The notes under the pieces: model-generated | What the model saw: only the letters and a program-made list of their open reading frames with translations | What the model was told of the DNA's origin: nothing | Databases searched by the model: none | Position numbers and translations under genes: made by a program | Source: Candidatus Brocadia sp. | GTDB lineage: Bacteria > Planctomycetota > Brocadiia > Brocadiales > Brocadiaceae | DNA length: 32,000 nucleotides | NCBI GenBank assembly: GCA_021650915.1 | Contig: CP091279.1 | Location: 3,960,001 to 3,992,000 of the forward strand | Reading direction: 5' to 3' | Shown here: piece after piece, positions 17,504 to 25,444 of the stretch | Numbering within the stretch: the stretch's first letter is position 1 | How the letters are laid out: each line of letters begins with the position of its first letter

Positions 17504-17560
17504 TCCTGCATTCTTCAGATCTTATTTCCTGAACTATCTTTTCATCTGAAGAATGCAGGA
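17504..17560. repeat. 17-bp-stem perfect hairpin between mod and the AlbA_2 gene
   Basis: TCCTGCATTCTTCAGAT (17504-17520) and ATCTGAAGAATGCAGGA (17544-17560) are exact reverse complements around a 23-nt loop. No U-run follows on either strand. Confidence 0.8.
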
Positions 17561-17577
17561 ACATAATAAACTTTACG

Positions 17578-19662
17578 TTATTCCTCTGTATCCTTAATCA
17601 CAACGCTCTCAAACCCAAACACGTCAACCGCCTTTACGCATATCTTTCTCTTATGATGAACTTTGGGAACTTTCAACTTGGCTTCAAGGACGACGTGGTG
17701 CGGGTCTGAGTCGTTCGATGTATTATTCCGGTAATCCTGCCATTTGCTTCTGAATGTCTCGCAGTCGTAGTCGGGGTCAACAGACCAGTATTCGATTAAC
17801 GCCAGTGGGTCTTTTTCTATAACCGTCTGTAATTTTTCTTTGTTTGCCTCGTCGAGAGGCAGTGCGTCTGGAGAAAGCAGGACGTAGTTATCCAGGGTAA
17901 TGGTCAATTCATCCATATTGTCGTCAATGCCTCTTACCTTTGGCTTTTTAATGGACAAATATTGCAAGGATGAAAAACGCACCTGCCCTGTTTTTAAGAG
18001 CTTTTCATAACCTGCCTTTGTCTTGAGCTTATCGAGGAGATCGGGCGGTATAACCAGGACTTCCAGTTTGTCATCATTCAATGCCTGTATCTGCGCGGCA
18101 ATGTCAAAGACGAAATTCCAGCCCAGGACGACGACCTTCCTCCACCCGCCCATAAAGGATTCCCGTAGTTCCTGCGCCTTTTTCATGGTGGCAAAACCTG
18201 TCAGTTTGGATGGAGAATCAACCATGACCAGCGTCTTGGATTCTTTTATATAACCAATGTTGCGGTTGGGATTATTTTCTTCCGGGAATGGTATCGCACC
18301 GTAAAGGTTGAGCACCACGTGGGCAAGGTCGCCCACCCGGCGAAACAGCCTGCTTGAGGCAAATGCCTCTTTTTGGTAATCGCCAATGGATTGATAAAGG
18401 AACGGCTTTGCCTCCTGATCAATGAGGCGTTTGCGGGTGATCATGATGGCGGGTTTGCCGATGTCGCATACAATCCAACGACGGCCAAGTTTTTCGGCAA
18501 CGGCTGCGGTAGTGCCTGAACCTGTAAAAAAGTCAGCGATAATGGAATTTTTATCAGAAGACATGCCAAGTACACACTCAAGCAACGTTTCTTTCTTCTC
18601 GGTGCTATATCCGGTAGTAAACGCAGAAACAGTTATGTCCTCCCATAAAGTGTCTCTCAGAATATGGTCGGTTGCTTCAATTTTATATTCTGGCTTTCCC
18701 GTTTGTGGGTTAGGTCTTAATTTCCCTTCTTTTATTGCCTGTTCTGCTTTTTCCTTTGTCCATGCCCAATGGCGACCTGATGGTGGAATTTTACCAAACA
18801 ATGGATAATCCATGCCGTTTCTTAACCCTTGAGCATCTAATGCATGCCACCTTTCTAGTTTTGGATTATATTTTTTGGGAGGGTTTATAAAGTGCTTGCT
18901 TGATTTCGCATAAAAATAAATTGAGTCGAGCGCTTCATTTAATCGCGGTACCCTTTCTCGTTCTTGAACATTTTTTCTAATTCTTTTTGCATAAATCTCA
19001 TTCCTAAAATTTTCTTTCCCAAATATCTCATCCATCAACACCTTCACATAATGTCCCACATGCCAGTCAATATGTACATAAATAGAGCCTTGTTCGCTCA
19101 GCAATTCCCTCATGAGCGCCAGTCGAGGATACATCATCTTTAAATAGCTTACCGTCCCGTCTTTCCAGGTGTCTGAATAGGCCGACTGCTCAATAACGGT
19201 TGGTCTTTGTTCCAATGTAGCACCCGGTAGCATAACCTTTGTGCGGTAATCTGCCTTGCTGTCAAAGGGAGGATCGTTATATATCAAATCAATCTTCCCA
19301 CGCATGGATGGCAAACCTGTCGCCGGATCGCCTGCAAGTAATGCCTGCATCACCAGGAGATTATCTCCGTAACACAAACGGTTTACCCATTCACCGCCAA
19401 TTTCAGAGTGCAGTTTTTGCTGTCCACCGGGGGATATCCCCGCAAATCCCAATTGCGATTCACCCAGATATTTCCTTGCCTTTGGCTTGAATTCTGGAAT
19501 TAGCCCCTTGAAAAGACCCGATGTGTCTTTGCATGGCAACACAAACTCATTTGTCTGCAACGTCAGCTTATGAGGGGACGAGATCTTCTCCAGTATCCGT
19601 TCAACCTCCTTCTTCCCCTCAGCAACGATCTTTGGCAACTGTTCTATCAGTGATTCAGCCAT
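17578..19662 (-). CDS. mod: Type III R-M Mod subunit (beta-class N6-adenine/N4-cytosine DNA methyltransferase)
   Basis: Catalytic motif IV ([11 protein letters not shown]) precedes the AdoMet motif I ([26 protein letters not shown]) by about 250 aa, giving the beta-class order with a TRD in between. I prefer the start at MAESLIEQ (19662). The track start at 19728 lies inside a 20-bp-arm hairpin repeat. Confidence 0.8.
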   Translation of the reverse strand: MAESLIEQLPKIVAEGKKEVERILEKISSPHKLTLQTNEFVLPCKDTSGLFKGLIPEFKPKARKYLGESQLGFAGISPGGQQKLHSEIGGEWVNRLCYGDNLLVMQALLAGDPATGLPSMRGKIDLIYNDPPFDSKADYRTKVMLPGATLEQRPTVIEQSAYSDTWKDGTVSYLKMMYPRLALMRELLSEQGSIYVHIDWHVGHYVKVLMDEIFGKENFRNEIYAKRIRKNVQERERVPRLNEALDSIYFYAKSSKHFINPPKKYNPKLERWHALDAQGLRNGMDYPLFGKIPPSGRHWAWTKEKAEQAIKEGKLRPNPQTGKPEYKIEATDHILRDTLWEDITVSAFTTGYSTEKKETLLECVLGMSSDKNSIIADFFTGSGTTAAVAEKLGRRWIVCDIGKPAIMITRKRLIDQEAKPFLYQSIGDYQKEAFASSRLFRRVGDLAHVVLNLYGAIPFPEENNPNRNIGYIKESKTLVMVDSPSKLTGFATMKKAQELRESFMGGWRKVVVLGWNFVFDIAAQIQALNDDKLEVLVIPPDLLDKLKTKAGYEKLLKTGQVRFSSLQYLSIKKPKVRGIDDNMDELTITLDNYVLLSPDALPLDEANKEKLQTVIEKDPLALIEYWSVDPDYDCETFRSKWQDYRNNTSNDSDPHHVVLEAKLKVPKVHHKRKICVKAVDVFGFESVVIKDTEE

Positions 19663-19684
19663 ATATTTCGTCTTTTGGTACGGT

Positions 19685-19758
19685 GTAGGGGCGAAGCATT
19701 TGCCATAAATTGGCATACATGTGTTCACACCCTAAACTGGCAACTGCTTCGCCCCTAC
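19685..19758. repeat. Long hairpin repeat (GTAGGGGCGAAGCATTTGCC / GGCAACTGCTTCGCCCCTAC) upstream of mod
   Basis: The 20-nt arms are complementary with one mismatch and enclose a 34-nt loop. The element lies between the beta-barrel gene stop (19785) and the mod start. Confidence 0.75.
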
Positions 19759-19784
19759 TACTACAATATTTGCCATTTTACAAA

Positions 19785-20600
19785 TTAAAAGAGGGGGTGT
19801 TCGAATGACAAATATGCAAAAACACCATATTCACCCTCTGAAGCTCCCAGACCCACAGGAAATGCAATCCCCGGCACTATCTGCAGGCCTGATTCAAAGT
19901 TTATTGCATAACGAACGCCCGGACTGATAAGCAATGAATCTTCTTCTCGTGTAAACACTTCTTCGTTAAAAATCTCGCTGTGACTCCACAAAACTTCCAG
20001 CATGAAATTGAAGTCCTCTTTGATCAGCCAGATAATGCTTGCCCCGACATTTCCAACAAGGTTGTCAGACTCAGATCCAACTGAATCTTTACTGTTTGGG
20101 GTATAAGTTGCCCCGATGTTCCAATGCGTTATCCATTTGTCTGAAAGTTCTATACTGAACGGAAGATTCGTTTGAATTCCGGGGGAGCCGCTTCCCATTC
20201 CTCTTTTATAATCCCCTGTAGGAAACAAGGCAGAAAATCGGGGCGAGAACGCAATTCTGTCCTGCATGATGGCCTGGTACCGATAGCTGATCATTACATC
20301 GCCAATGCCGGTAGAATTATCGGGATCGGTAACATGAGTAATTGGTATCTTGTAGGATAGTTGATGGGTTTGTCCCAGAACCGGCCACTCCTGGGTAAAG
20401 GAGTAATCCCAGGTTTTATCTTTCATATATTGAAATGTCTGGATATGCTGGACAACTCCGGCTTCCTGATTGTACGCTTCTTCGATGAGAAATGAATCAT
20501 CAACGATTTTTTTGGGTTCTTCAGCAAAAGCCGTTGCAAAAACAAAGCAAAACATTATGAAATACAGTTCCAGGGCTTTGGAAAATATTTTTCTATCCAA
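19785..20600 (-). CDS. Predicted outer-membrane beta-barrel protein (family not assigned)
   Basis: 271-aa ORF with a TTG start 7 nt after a strong SD (AAGGAG) and a signal peptide (...FIMFCFVFATAFAEE). It shows an alternating amphipathic beta pattern, and the C-terminus ...YLSFEHPLF ends in Phe as in OM barrels. Confidence 0.55.
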   Translation of the reverse strand: MDRKIFSKALELYFIMFCFVFATAFAEEPKKIVDDSFLIEEAYNQEAGVVQHIQTFQYMKDKTWDYSFTQEWPVLGQTHQLSYKIPITHVTDPDNSTGIGDVMISYRYQAIMQDRIAFSPRFSALFPTGDYKRGMGSGSPGIQTNLPFSIELSDKWITHWNIGATYTPNSKDSVGSESDNLVGNVGASIIWLIKEDFNFMLEVLWSHSEIFNEEVFTREEDSLLISPGVRYAINFESGLQIVPGIAFPVGLGASEGEYGVFAYLSFEHPLF

Positions 20601-20611
20601 GCCGGCTCTCC

Positions 20612-21028
20612 TTACTTTAAGATGTCATAGACTATATTCACATCCATATTCTCACGAACAATACTGGCCAATCCATCGTATCTACGCTCTTTTATACTTT
20701 TGAAACCCGGCTGAAATTCATGAGACGGCTCCAATCCTTTTTTTGATCTGAGATAATTCATGAGCTTTGACCGGAACTCGTCGTTGTCGAAGATGCCGTG
20801 TATATAGGTGCCCATCACATTGCCATCGTCAGAAACACAGCCGTCCGGGATATCTACCCTCTTTCCTGCCCGTTCAGTAATCCTTGCGAAGGGCCTAACG
20901 GAATTATGTCCATCAAATATCGTCTCGCCCATATATTTTCTCACTTTATTCAGCATTTCAATATTGCTTAAACCCTGAGTTCTTCCGCTAAATGCCTTCA
21001 TTTTTATTATATCGTCTATTGAATTCAA
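20612..21028 (-). pseudogene. Duplicated 3' fragment of cobQ (C-terminal ~95 aa only)
   Basis: The residues ...YMGETIFDGHNSVRPFARITERAGKRVDIPDGCVSDDGNVMGTYIHGIFDNDEFR...IVRENMDVNIVYDILK align with the C-terminus of the full CobQ at 22324-23859 (HMGETTYNGHNFVRPFARITERAGKRVDILDGCVSVDGNIVGTYIHGVFDNDGFR...IVRENIDMNMIYKMV). Long identical nucleotide runs are shared (for example AGAAACACAGCCGTCC.GGATATCTACCCTCT). The N-terminal ~45 aa are unrelated, and the ATPase and glutaminase cores are absent. Confidence 0.8.
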
Positions 21029-21101
21029 AGGCAGGCAAGATGCCTGCGCTGCACAATATTTTTGCTAAAAAATGCCAGGACATTATTTATCCTTTCAACG
21101 A

Positions 21102-21419
21102 TCAATCAACTAGCATCTCTTTAATTATTGATTTAATCTTTGTGATGGCATCATCAGTTATTCGCCCCAATCTTTTGACCAACCGACTCCTGTCAACTGT
21201 TCTTATCTGATCAAGCACTATCCAGCCTGTTCTCTTCTGAAAATTTATTTTCACCCTGGTTGGGTAACTGTGGGACTTTGTAGTCATTGGTGCAATAATG
21301 ATTGTCTGAATATTTTGGTTCATTTCATCAGGGGAAATTACCAGGCAAGGTCTTGTCTTCTGGATTTCAGAACCGATCGTAGGATCGAAATTGACGAGAT
21401 ATATATCGTACTGGTTCAT
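21102..21419 (-). CDS. mazF: MazF/PemK-family type II toxin (endoribonuclease)
   Basis: MNQYDIYLVNFDPTIGSEIQKTRPCLVISPDEMN...IIAPMTTKSHSYPTRV...GWIVLDQIRTVDRSRL is a typical PemK/MazF pattern. The ATG at 21419 overlaps the antitoxin stop (ATGA). Confidence 0.85.
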   Translation of the reverse strand: MNQYDIYLVNFDPTIGSEIQKTRPCLVISPDEMNQNIQTIIIAPMTTKSHSYPTRVKINFQKRTGWIVLDQIRTVDRSRLVKRLGRITDDAITKIKSIIKEMLVD

Positions 21420-21664
21420 TTCCATTCCCAATTTTCCATTGAGTCTATGGTCTCATCAAACAACAATGCATCATCCTTTTTGTCGTGCATTAATCGGAAG
21501 GCGTCATTCCATCCCTCTCGAGGGCTGGTTTTTACCGGCTTGATTACTATTTTTTCTTTTTCGACTTCCAAATCAATCTCATTTTCAATCTTGCATTGCT
21601 TCAGTATTGCCATCGGTATCCTGATACCTTTTGAATTTCCTATTGACACAAGTTTTGTCTTCAC
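21416..21664 (-). CDS. mazE: AbrB/MazE/SpoVT-family antitoxin
   Basis: 82-aa ORF with a GTG start 4 nt after GGAGGTGA. The N-terminal swapped-hairpin motif (KLVSIGNSKGIRIPMAILKQ) is present, and the gene sits directly upstream of and coupled to mazF. Confidence 0.8.
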   Translation of the reverse strand: MKTKLVSIGNSKGIRIPMAILKQCKIENEIDLEVEKEKIVIKPVKTSPREGWNDAFRLMHDKKDDALLFDETIDSMENWEWK

Positions 21665-21730
21665 AATTCACCTCCGTAATTTTATCGTATTGGTACGGAA
21701 ATACCTATTATCATACCCTTATTGCTGTTT

Positions 21731-22192
21731 TATAATATTACTGTGTAAAAACTTCTTTTTTTTGTAAGTTTTTTCGCGACCCTATCTACCCTTTATCAGA
21801 AGGTGCAGTTTGTTTATGAGAGAAGGATTGCTTCGTTTCGCTCGCAATGACAATGTACCGTATGTCATCAAAGACATAGCCAGCGTTATTGCGAGGGTCT
21901 TTTCCGAAGCAATCTCCCCACTTTCATAAAGGAAATTTGGTTGCAGCTGTGCTGCGCTATGTAATTATAGTATTACTGTATGAAAACTTCTTTTTTTTGT
22001 AAGTTTTTTCACAAACCACTTTCAGGAGGCACCGGTTTTTATGAGTGAAAGATTGCTTCGCTTCACTCGCAATGACAACGTGCCGTGTGCCATCAAAGTG
22101 CATGGTCGCTGTCATTGCGAGGGCCTTTTCCGAAGCAATCTCTCCGCTTTCATAAAGGAAATTTGGTTGCGGCTGTGCCGCGCTATGTAATT
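21731..22192. repeat. Two tandem ~230-bp repeat units, each with a long internal imperfect hairpin (MITE/REP-like)
   Basis: Unit A is 21731-21965 and unit B is 21966-22192, and a third unit begins (TATAATGTG...) at 22193. Each unit runs TATA.TATTACTGT.T.AAAACTTCTTTTTTTTGTAAGTTTTTTC ... GATTGCTTCG.TTC.CTCGCAATGACA ... (T)ATTGCGAGGG.CTTTTCCGAAGCAATCTC ... GGAAATTTGGTTGC.GCTGTGC.GCGCTATGTAAT. The hairpin arms are GATTGCTTCG...TCGCAATGACA and TCATTGCGA...CGAAGCAATC. Confidence 0.85.
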
Positions 22193-22323
22193 ATAATGTG
22201 CTTACATTTAAAAAGCAATGTTCAGGACAATCTTTTATATTAATTAGGTCTCGGCGACTTACCCCCCCCTGTTTCCTCCCGTAAACGGGGAGGATTGTGG
22301 GGGGTGTTTGAAATTCCGATATA

Positions 22324-23859
22324 TTAAATTGTTACCATTTTGTAAATCATGTTCATATCAATATTTTCCCGGACAATCTCTGCGAGTTTGTTGTATTTCT
22401 GCTCTTTTATTCTCTTGAATTCCAAAGGAACATCATACGAGGGTATTTGTCCCTTTTTCTTTCTCAGGTGTTGAATGAGTTGAAAACGAAAGCCATCATT
22501 GTCGAAAACGCCATGGATATACGTGCCGACGATGTTGCCATCGACAGAAACACAGCCGTCCAGGATATCTACCCTCTTGCCTGCCCGTTCGGTAATCCTT
22601 GCAAAGGGTCTGACAAAATTATGACCGTTATACGTTGTTTCTCCCATATGAATCTCATATCCCGTGATCTCATCATCCACACGAAACAGATTTTCATGAC
22701 CCAGCATGCATGCCTTGACCTGAAAGGTCTGTTTCTCCCTGGCAAAGGTAGTCACGGTATTCAATAAACCTAAACCCTGGATACCATCGTTTGATGATTC
22801 TACATGATACGGGTCGTGAATGTACCGTCCCAGCATCTGGTATCCACCACAGATACCCATGATCATAACACCCCGCTTTGACAGTCTCACCATTTCATCT
22901 GCTATGCCCTGACTCACAAGAAACAGCAGGTCATCTATCGTATTTTTTGTGCCGGGGATGATAAGCAAGTCGGGGTTTCCAACATCACATGCCCCGTCGA
23001 CGAAACGAATTTTTATGCCCTCCTCGTGATGAAGTATCGCAAAATCCGTAAAGTTTGATATGCGAGGCAATTTAATTACTGCAATATCCACCGTGTTATT
23101 ATGCGGAACATCTGCCTTTTTGCTGCTTATATTTTCGAGAGAAACGGAATCCTCATCGTCGATATTCAACTGATGCAGGTATGGTATTACTCCTACGATG
23201 GGTTTCCGGATGCGTTCTTCCAGCATATCCAGTCCAGGCTTCAGGATATTCTTGTCTCCCCGGAATTTGTTGAATATGACACCTACCACCCGGTTCCTTT
23301 CACTTTCGGTTAGTAATTCAAGCGTTCCCACAATCCAGGCAAAAGCCCCGCCACGATCAATATCGGTAACCAGCAATACAGGAGCAGAAGCCATCTCTGC
23401 CATCCCCATATTGACGATATCACCGTCCTTCAGATTTATCTCCGCCGGGCTGCCTGCCCCCTCAATAACAATCACATCAAATTGGTTTCGCAAGGTATCG
23501 TAGGCTTCTCTTATGATGGAAACGAATTCGCCCTTCTTCTGATAATACTCCCTGGCAGTCATATTCCCTATGGGCCTGCCCATAATAATGACCTGTGAGC
23601 CGCAGTCCCCCGTAGGTTTAAGGAGTATGGGGTTCATCTCTACCATGGGTTCGATTCCGGCGGCCTCAGCCTGCGCCACCTGCGCCCGTCCCATTTCCCT
23701 TCCGTCTTTTGTCACAAAGGAATTCAAGGCCATATTCTGGGCCTTAAACGGGGCAACCCGGTAACCGTCCTGTTTCAGGATGCGGCAGAGGGCGCAGGTC
23801 AGGATACTCTTGCCCACGTGCGAACCCGTACCCTGTATCATAATGGATCTCTTTGTCAT
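22324..23859 (-). CDS. cobQ: Cobyric acid synthase CobQ/CbiP
   Basis: 511-aa ORF with an N-terminal P-loop (IMIQGTGSHVGKS), a CobQ-type ATPase domain and a C-terminal glutamine amidotransferase domain (...LIIPGTKNTI...MGICGGYQMLG...GTYIHGVFDND). Confidence 0.9.
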   Translation of the reverse strand: MTKRSIMIQGTGSHVGKSILTCALCRILKQDGYRVAPFKAQNMALNSFVTKDGREMGRAQVAQAEAAGIEPMVEMNPILLKPTGDCGSQVIIMGRPIGNMTAREYYQKKGEFVSIIREAYDTLRNQFDVIVIEGAGSPAEINLKDGDIVNMGMAEMASAPVLLVTDIDRGGAFAWIVGTLELLTESERNRVVGVIFNKFRGDKNILKPGLDMLEERIRKPIVGVIPYLHQLNIDDEDSVSLENISSKKADVPHNNTVDIAVIKLPRISNFTDFAILHHEEGIKIRFVDGACDVGNPDLLIIPGTKNTIDDLLFLVSQGIADEMVRLSKRGVMIMGICGGYQMLGRYIHDPYHVESSNDGIQGLGLLNTVTTFAREKQTFQVKACMLGHENLFRVDDEITGYEIHMGETTYNGHNFVRPFARITERAGKRVDILDGCVSVDGNIVGTYIHGVFDNDGFRFQLIQHLRKKKGQIPSYDVPLEFKRIKEQKYNKLAEIVRENIDMNMIYKMVTI

Positions 23860-23957
23860 ATGTTGACAGCAACCACAGATTTCACCGGTTGCACAGATAA
23901 ATAAAAGAGATTTTCAAAACCCGATTTTTCACATTAATTCCGGTGTATCGTTTAAGC

Positions 23958-25362
23958 AAAATATTTAGTAGCGTTGTCAAGTGGAGACCTGAGAAAAGTC
24001 CTCCAATGTATAGTTGTCACGCATCAAAGCCGTTGTAGTAATAGGCAAGCCGAATTTTGGTAACGTTCAGCGCCCCGGCAACACTCCATTTGCTCACATT
24101 CACCCGCAGGTTAACCGTACGCATGACGCGCTCTACTTTACTTGTCGTTCTGCCATTGAGCCTCTTTTCTATCGCCGTAAACATATCAGGCCTGGCATTC
24201 TCAAGATAGGATGCGGTATGAGTATATCCCTTCGACAAACAATGCTGAATCACCGCATCCAATCGTTTCCTCTTGGACTCTATCATTTTCTCGATGGTCT
24301 TCTGACAATCAACCAATGGCCGTATCGCACAGACCTCCATAAGCTCAGACATCACCTCCAGCCATTCTTTCCCCTTGCTCTTGACCCCATCTTGCCACAA
24401 TACATACTTTGCCTGATACGGAATATGCCACAAACATCTCTGTACAAGCACCTTGATCTTACCTTTCAAACTATCCAAAATAGAGGTGTCGCCATCGGTT
24501 ATCAAAAGAAACCGGGAAAACTTCCTGAACACCTTAACACTCTTACCAAAAAGCTTATCCCAACTACCGTTGTAATCCCCTATGTCAAGCCCTGCCACTC
24601 TCACCCCTCCACCGCTCTTGTATTGCACAAAGACCTTGAGTTCCTTGCCTCGTTTGGCTATCCCCTTAATCCCTACCCCTGTCCCGTCTGCTTCTCCCAG
24701 GGGAAGTCCCTTCTCGTCGAGTTGAAAATCTATCTCTGCTGCCGTCTTTTGTACCGATTTCCATATCGTCATCTTGTCTACTGTCCAGCCAAACATCGAC
24801 ACGATCTTCTTCGCTACCCGGTAGGTCGTTAACGATCCTACCAGCCCAAGCTTCCGATACGTCTCCGGTGGTATTCGCTTCATCCGCTCCATCCCCAGAA
24901 GCTTTCGCGTTATATACATCTTATGACCGCACCTCTTGCACTGCACCTGCAACTGCTCTAATCTCAACCACTGAAAGACCGTCAGTATCTTCGTCTCTTT
25001 TCCATGCCTCGTCTTCCAGATAAACTCCTTGTCATTCCCACATTCGTCGCAGCAAAATGGCTTCCGTGATTGCGCCATCGCACTCTCACCAAAACCAACC
25101 ACGATCTTCTGAATAAAATCCCTTAATATCTCCGGCAGTATCTTGCAAAATGCCTTGAGAATCGACTCCAGGCTGCCGTCCTTTAATTCAACCCGAATTT
25201 GACAACCAAATTCTATTGTGATACCATCTGTGCATGGGGTTGCTCCCATATAGCCCTCCTTTTCTTTATGGTTTAGTTTCTTGTATCAAAACTATTTTTT
25301 ACCATATTTGGAGGGCTTTTTCTTTAACCAAGTCTCTCTTTTTCTACTCTACCAAATATTTT
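23958..25362 (-). mobile_element. Insertion sequence (ISLre2/ISKra4-like) between cobD and cobQ; boundaries tentative
   Basis: There is a single transposase ORF. Candidate terminal inverted repeats are AAAATATTTAGTAG (23958-23971) and the reverse complement of 25349-25362 (AAAATATTTGGTAG), a 13/14 match. I could not recognise a target-site duplication. Confidence 0.45.
24017..25249 (-). CDS. DDE-type transposase, ISLre2/ISKra4 (UPF0236)-like
   Basis: 410-aa ORF with ATG 4 nt after GGAGGG. The N-terminal Cys pairs (CCDECG...CKRCG) and the following '...RKLLGMERMKRIPPETYRKLGLVGSLTTYRVAKKI...' match the architecture of this family as I recall it. Candidate acidic residues sit in GEADGTG, LLITDGDTS and SKVERVMRTVN. 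The family assignment is from memory only. Confidence 0.65.
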   Translation of the reverse strand: MGATPCTDGITIEFGCQIRVELKDGSLESILKAFCKILPEILRDFIQKIVVGFGESAMAQSRKPFCCDECGNDKEFIWKTRHGKETKILTVFQWLRLEQLQVQCKRCGHKMYITRKLLGMERMKRIPPETYRKLGLVGSLTTYRVAKKIVSMFGWTVDKMTIWKSVQKTAAEIDFQLDEKGLPLGEADGTGVGIKGIAKRGKELKVFVQYKSGGGVRVAGLDIGDYNGSWDKLFGKSVKVFRKFSRFLLITDGDTSILDSLKGKIKVLVQRCLWHIPYQAKYVLWQDGVKSKGKEWLEVMSELMEVCAIRPLVDCQKTIEKMIESKRKRLDAVIQHCLSKGYTHTASYLENARPDMFTAIEKRLNGRTTSKVERVMRTVNLRVNVSKWSVAGALNVTKIRLAYYYNGFDA

Positions 25363-25444
25363 GGTTCAATCTGCAAGATTGAACCAGCCAGAGAAACCCT
25401 CTTTAGACGATACATTGTTTTCCTTATCGCCCATCACCTATAGT

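Noticed and set aside
17578-19662. Looked for simple-sequence repeats (phase-variation tracts) in the Type III mod gene.
   Set aside because: I found no homopolymer or short tandem tract of notable length by eye, so there is no evidence for a phasevarion.
21731-22192. Tandem repeats considered as a possible CRISPR array.
   Set aside because: The units are ~230 bp and directly abutting with no unique spacers. There are only about two copies, and no cas genes are in the window.
24014-24832. 272-aa plus-strand ORF inside the IS.
   Set aside because: It is antisense to the transposase ORF, which has the stronger SD, full length and family-like architecture. The shadow frame has no recognisable motifs.
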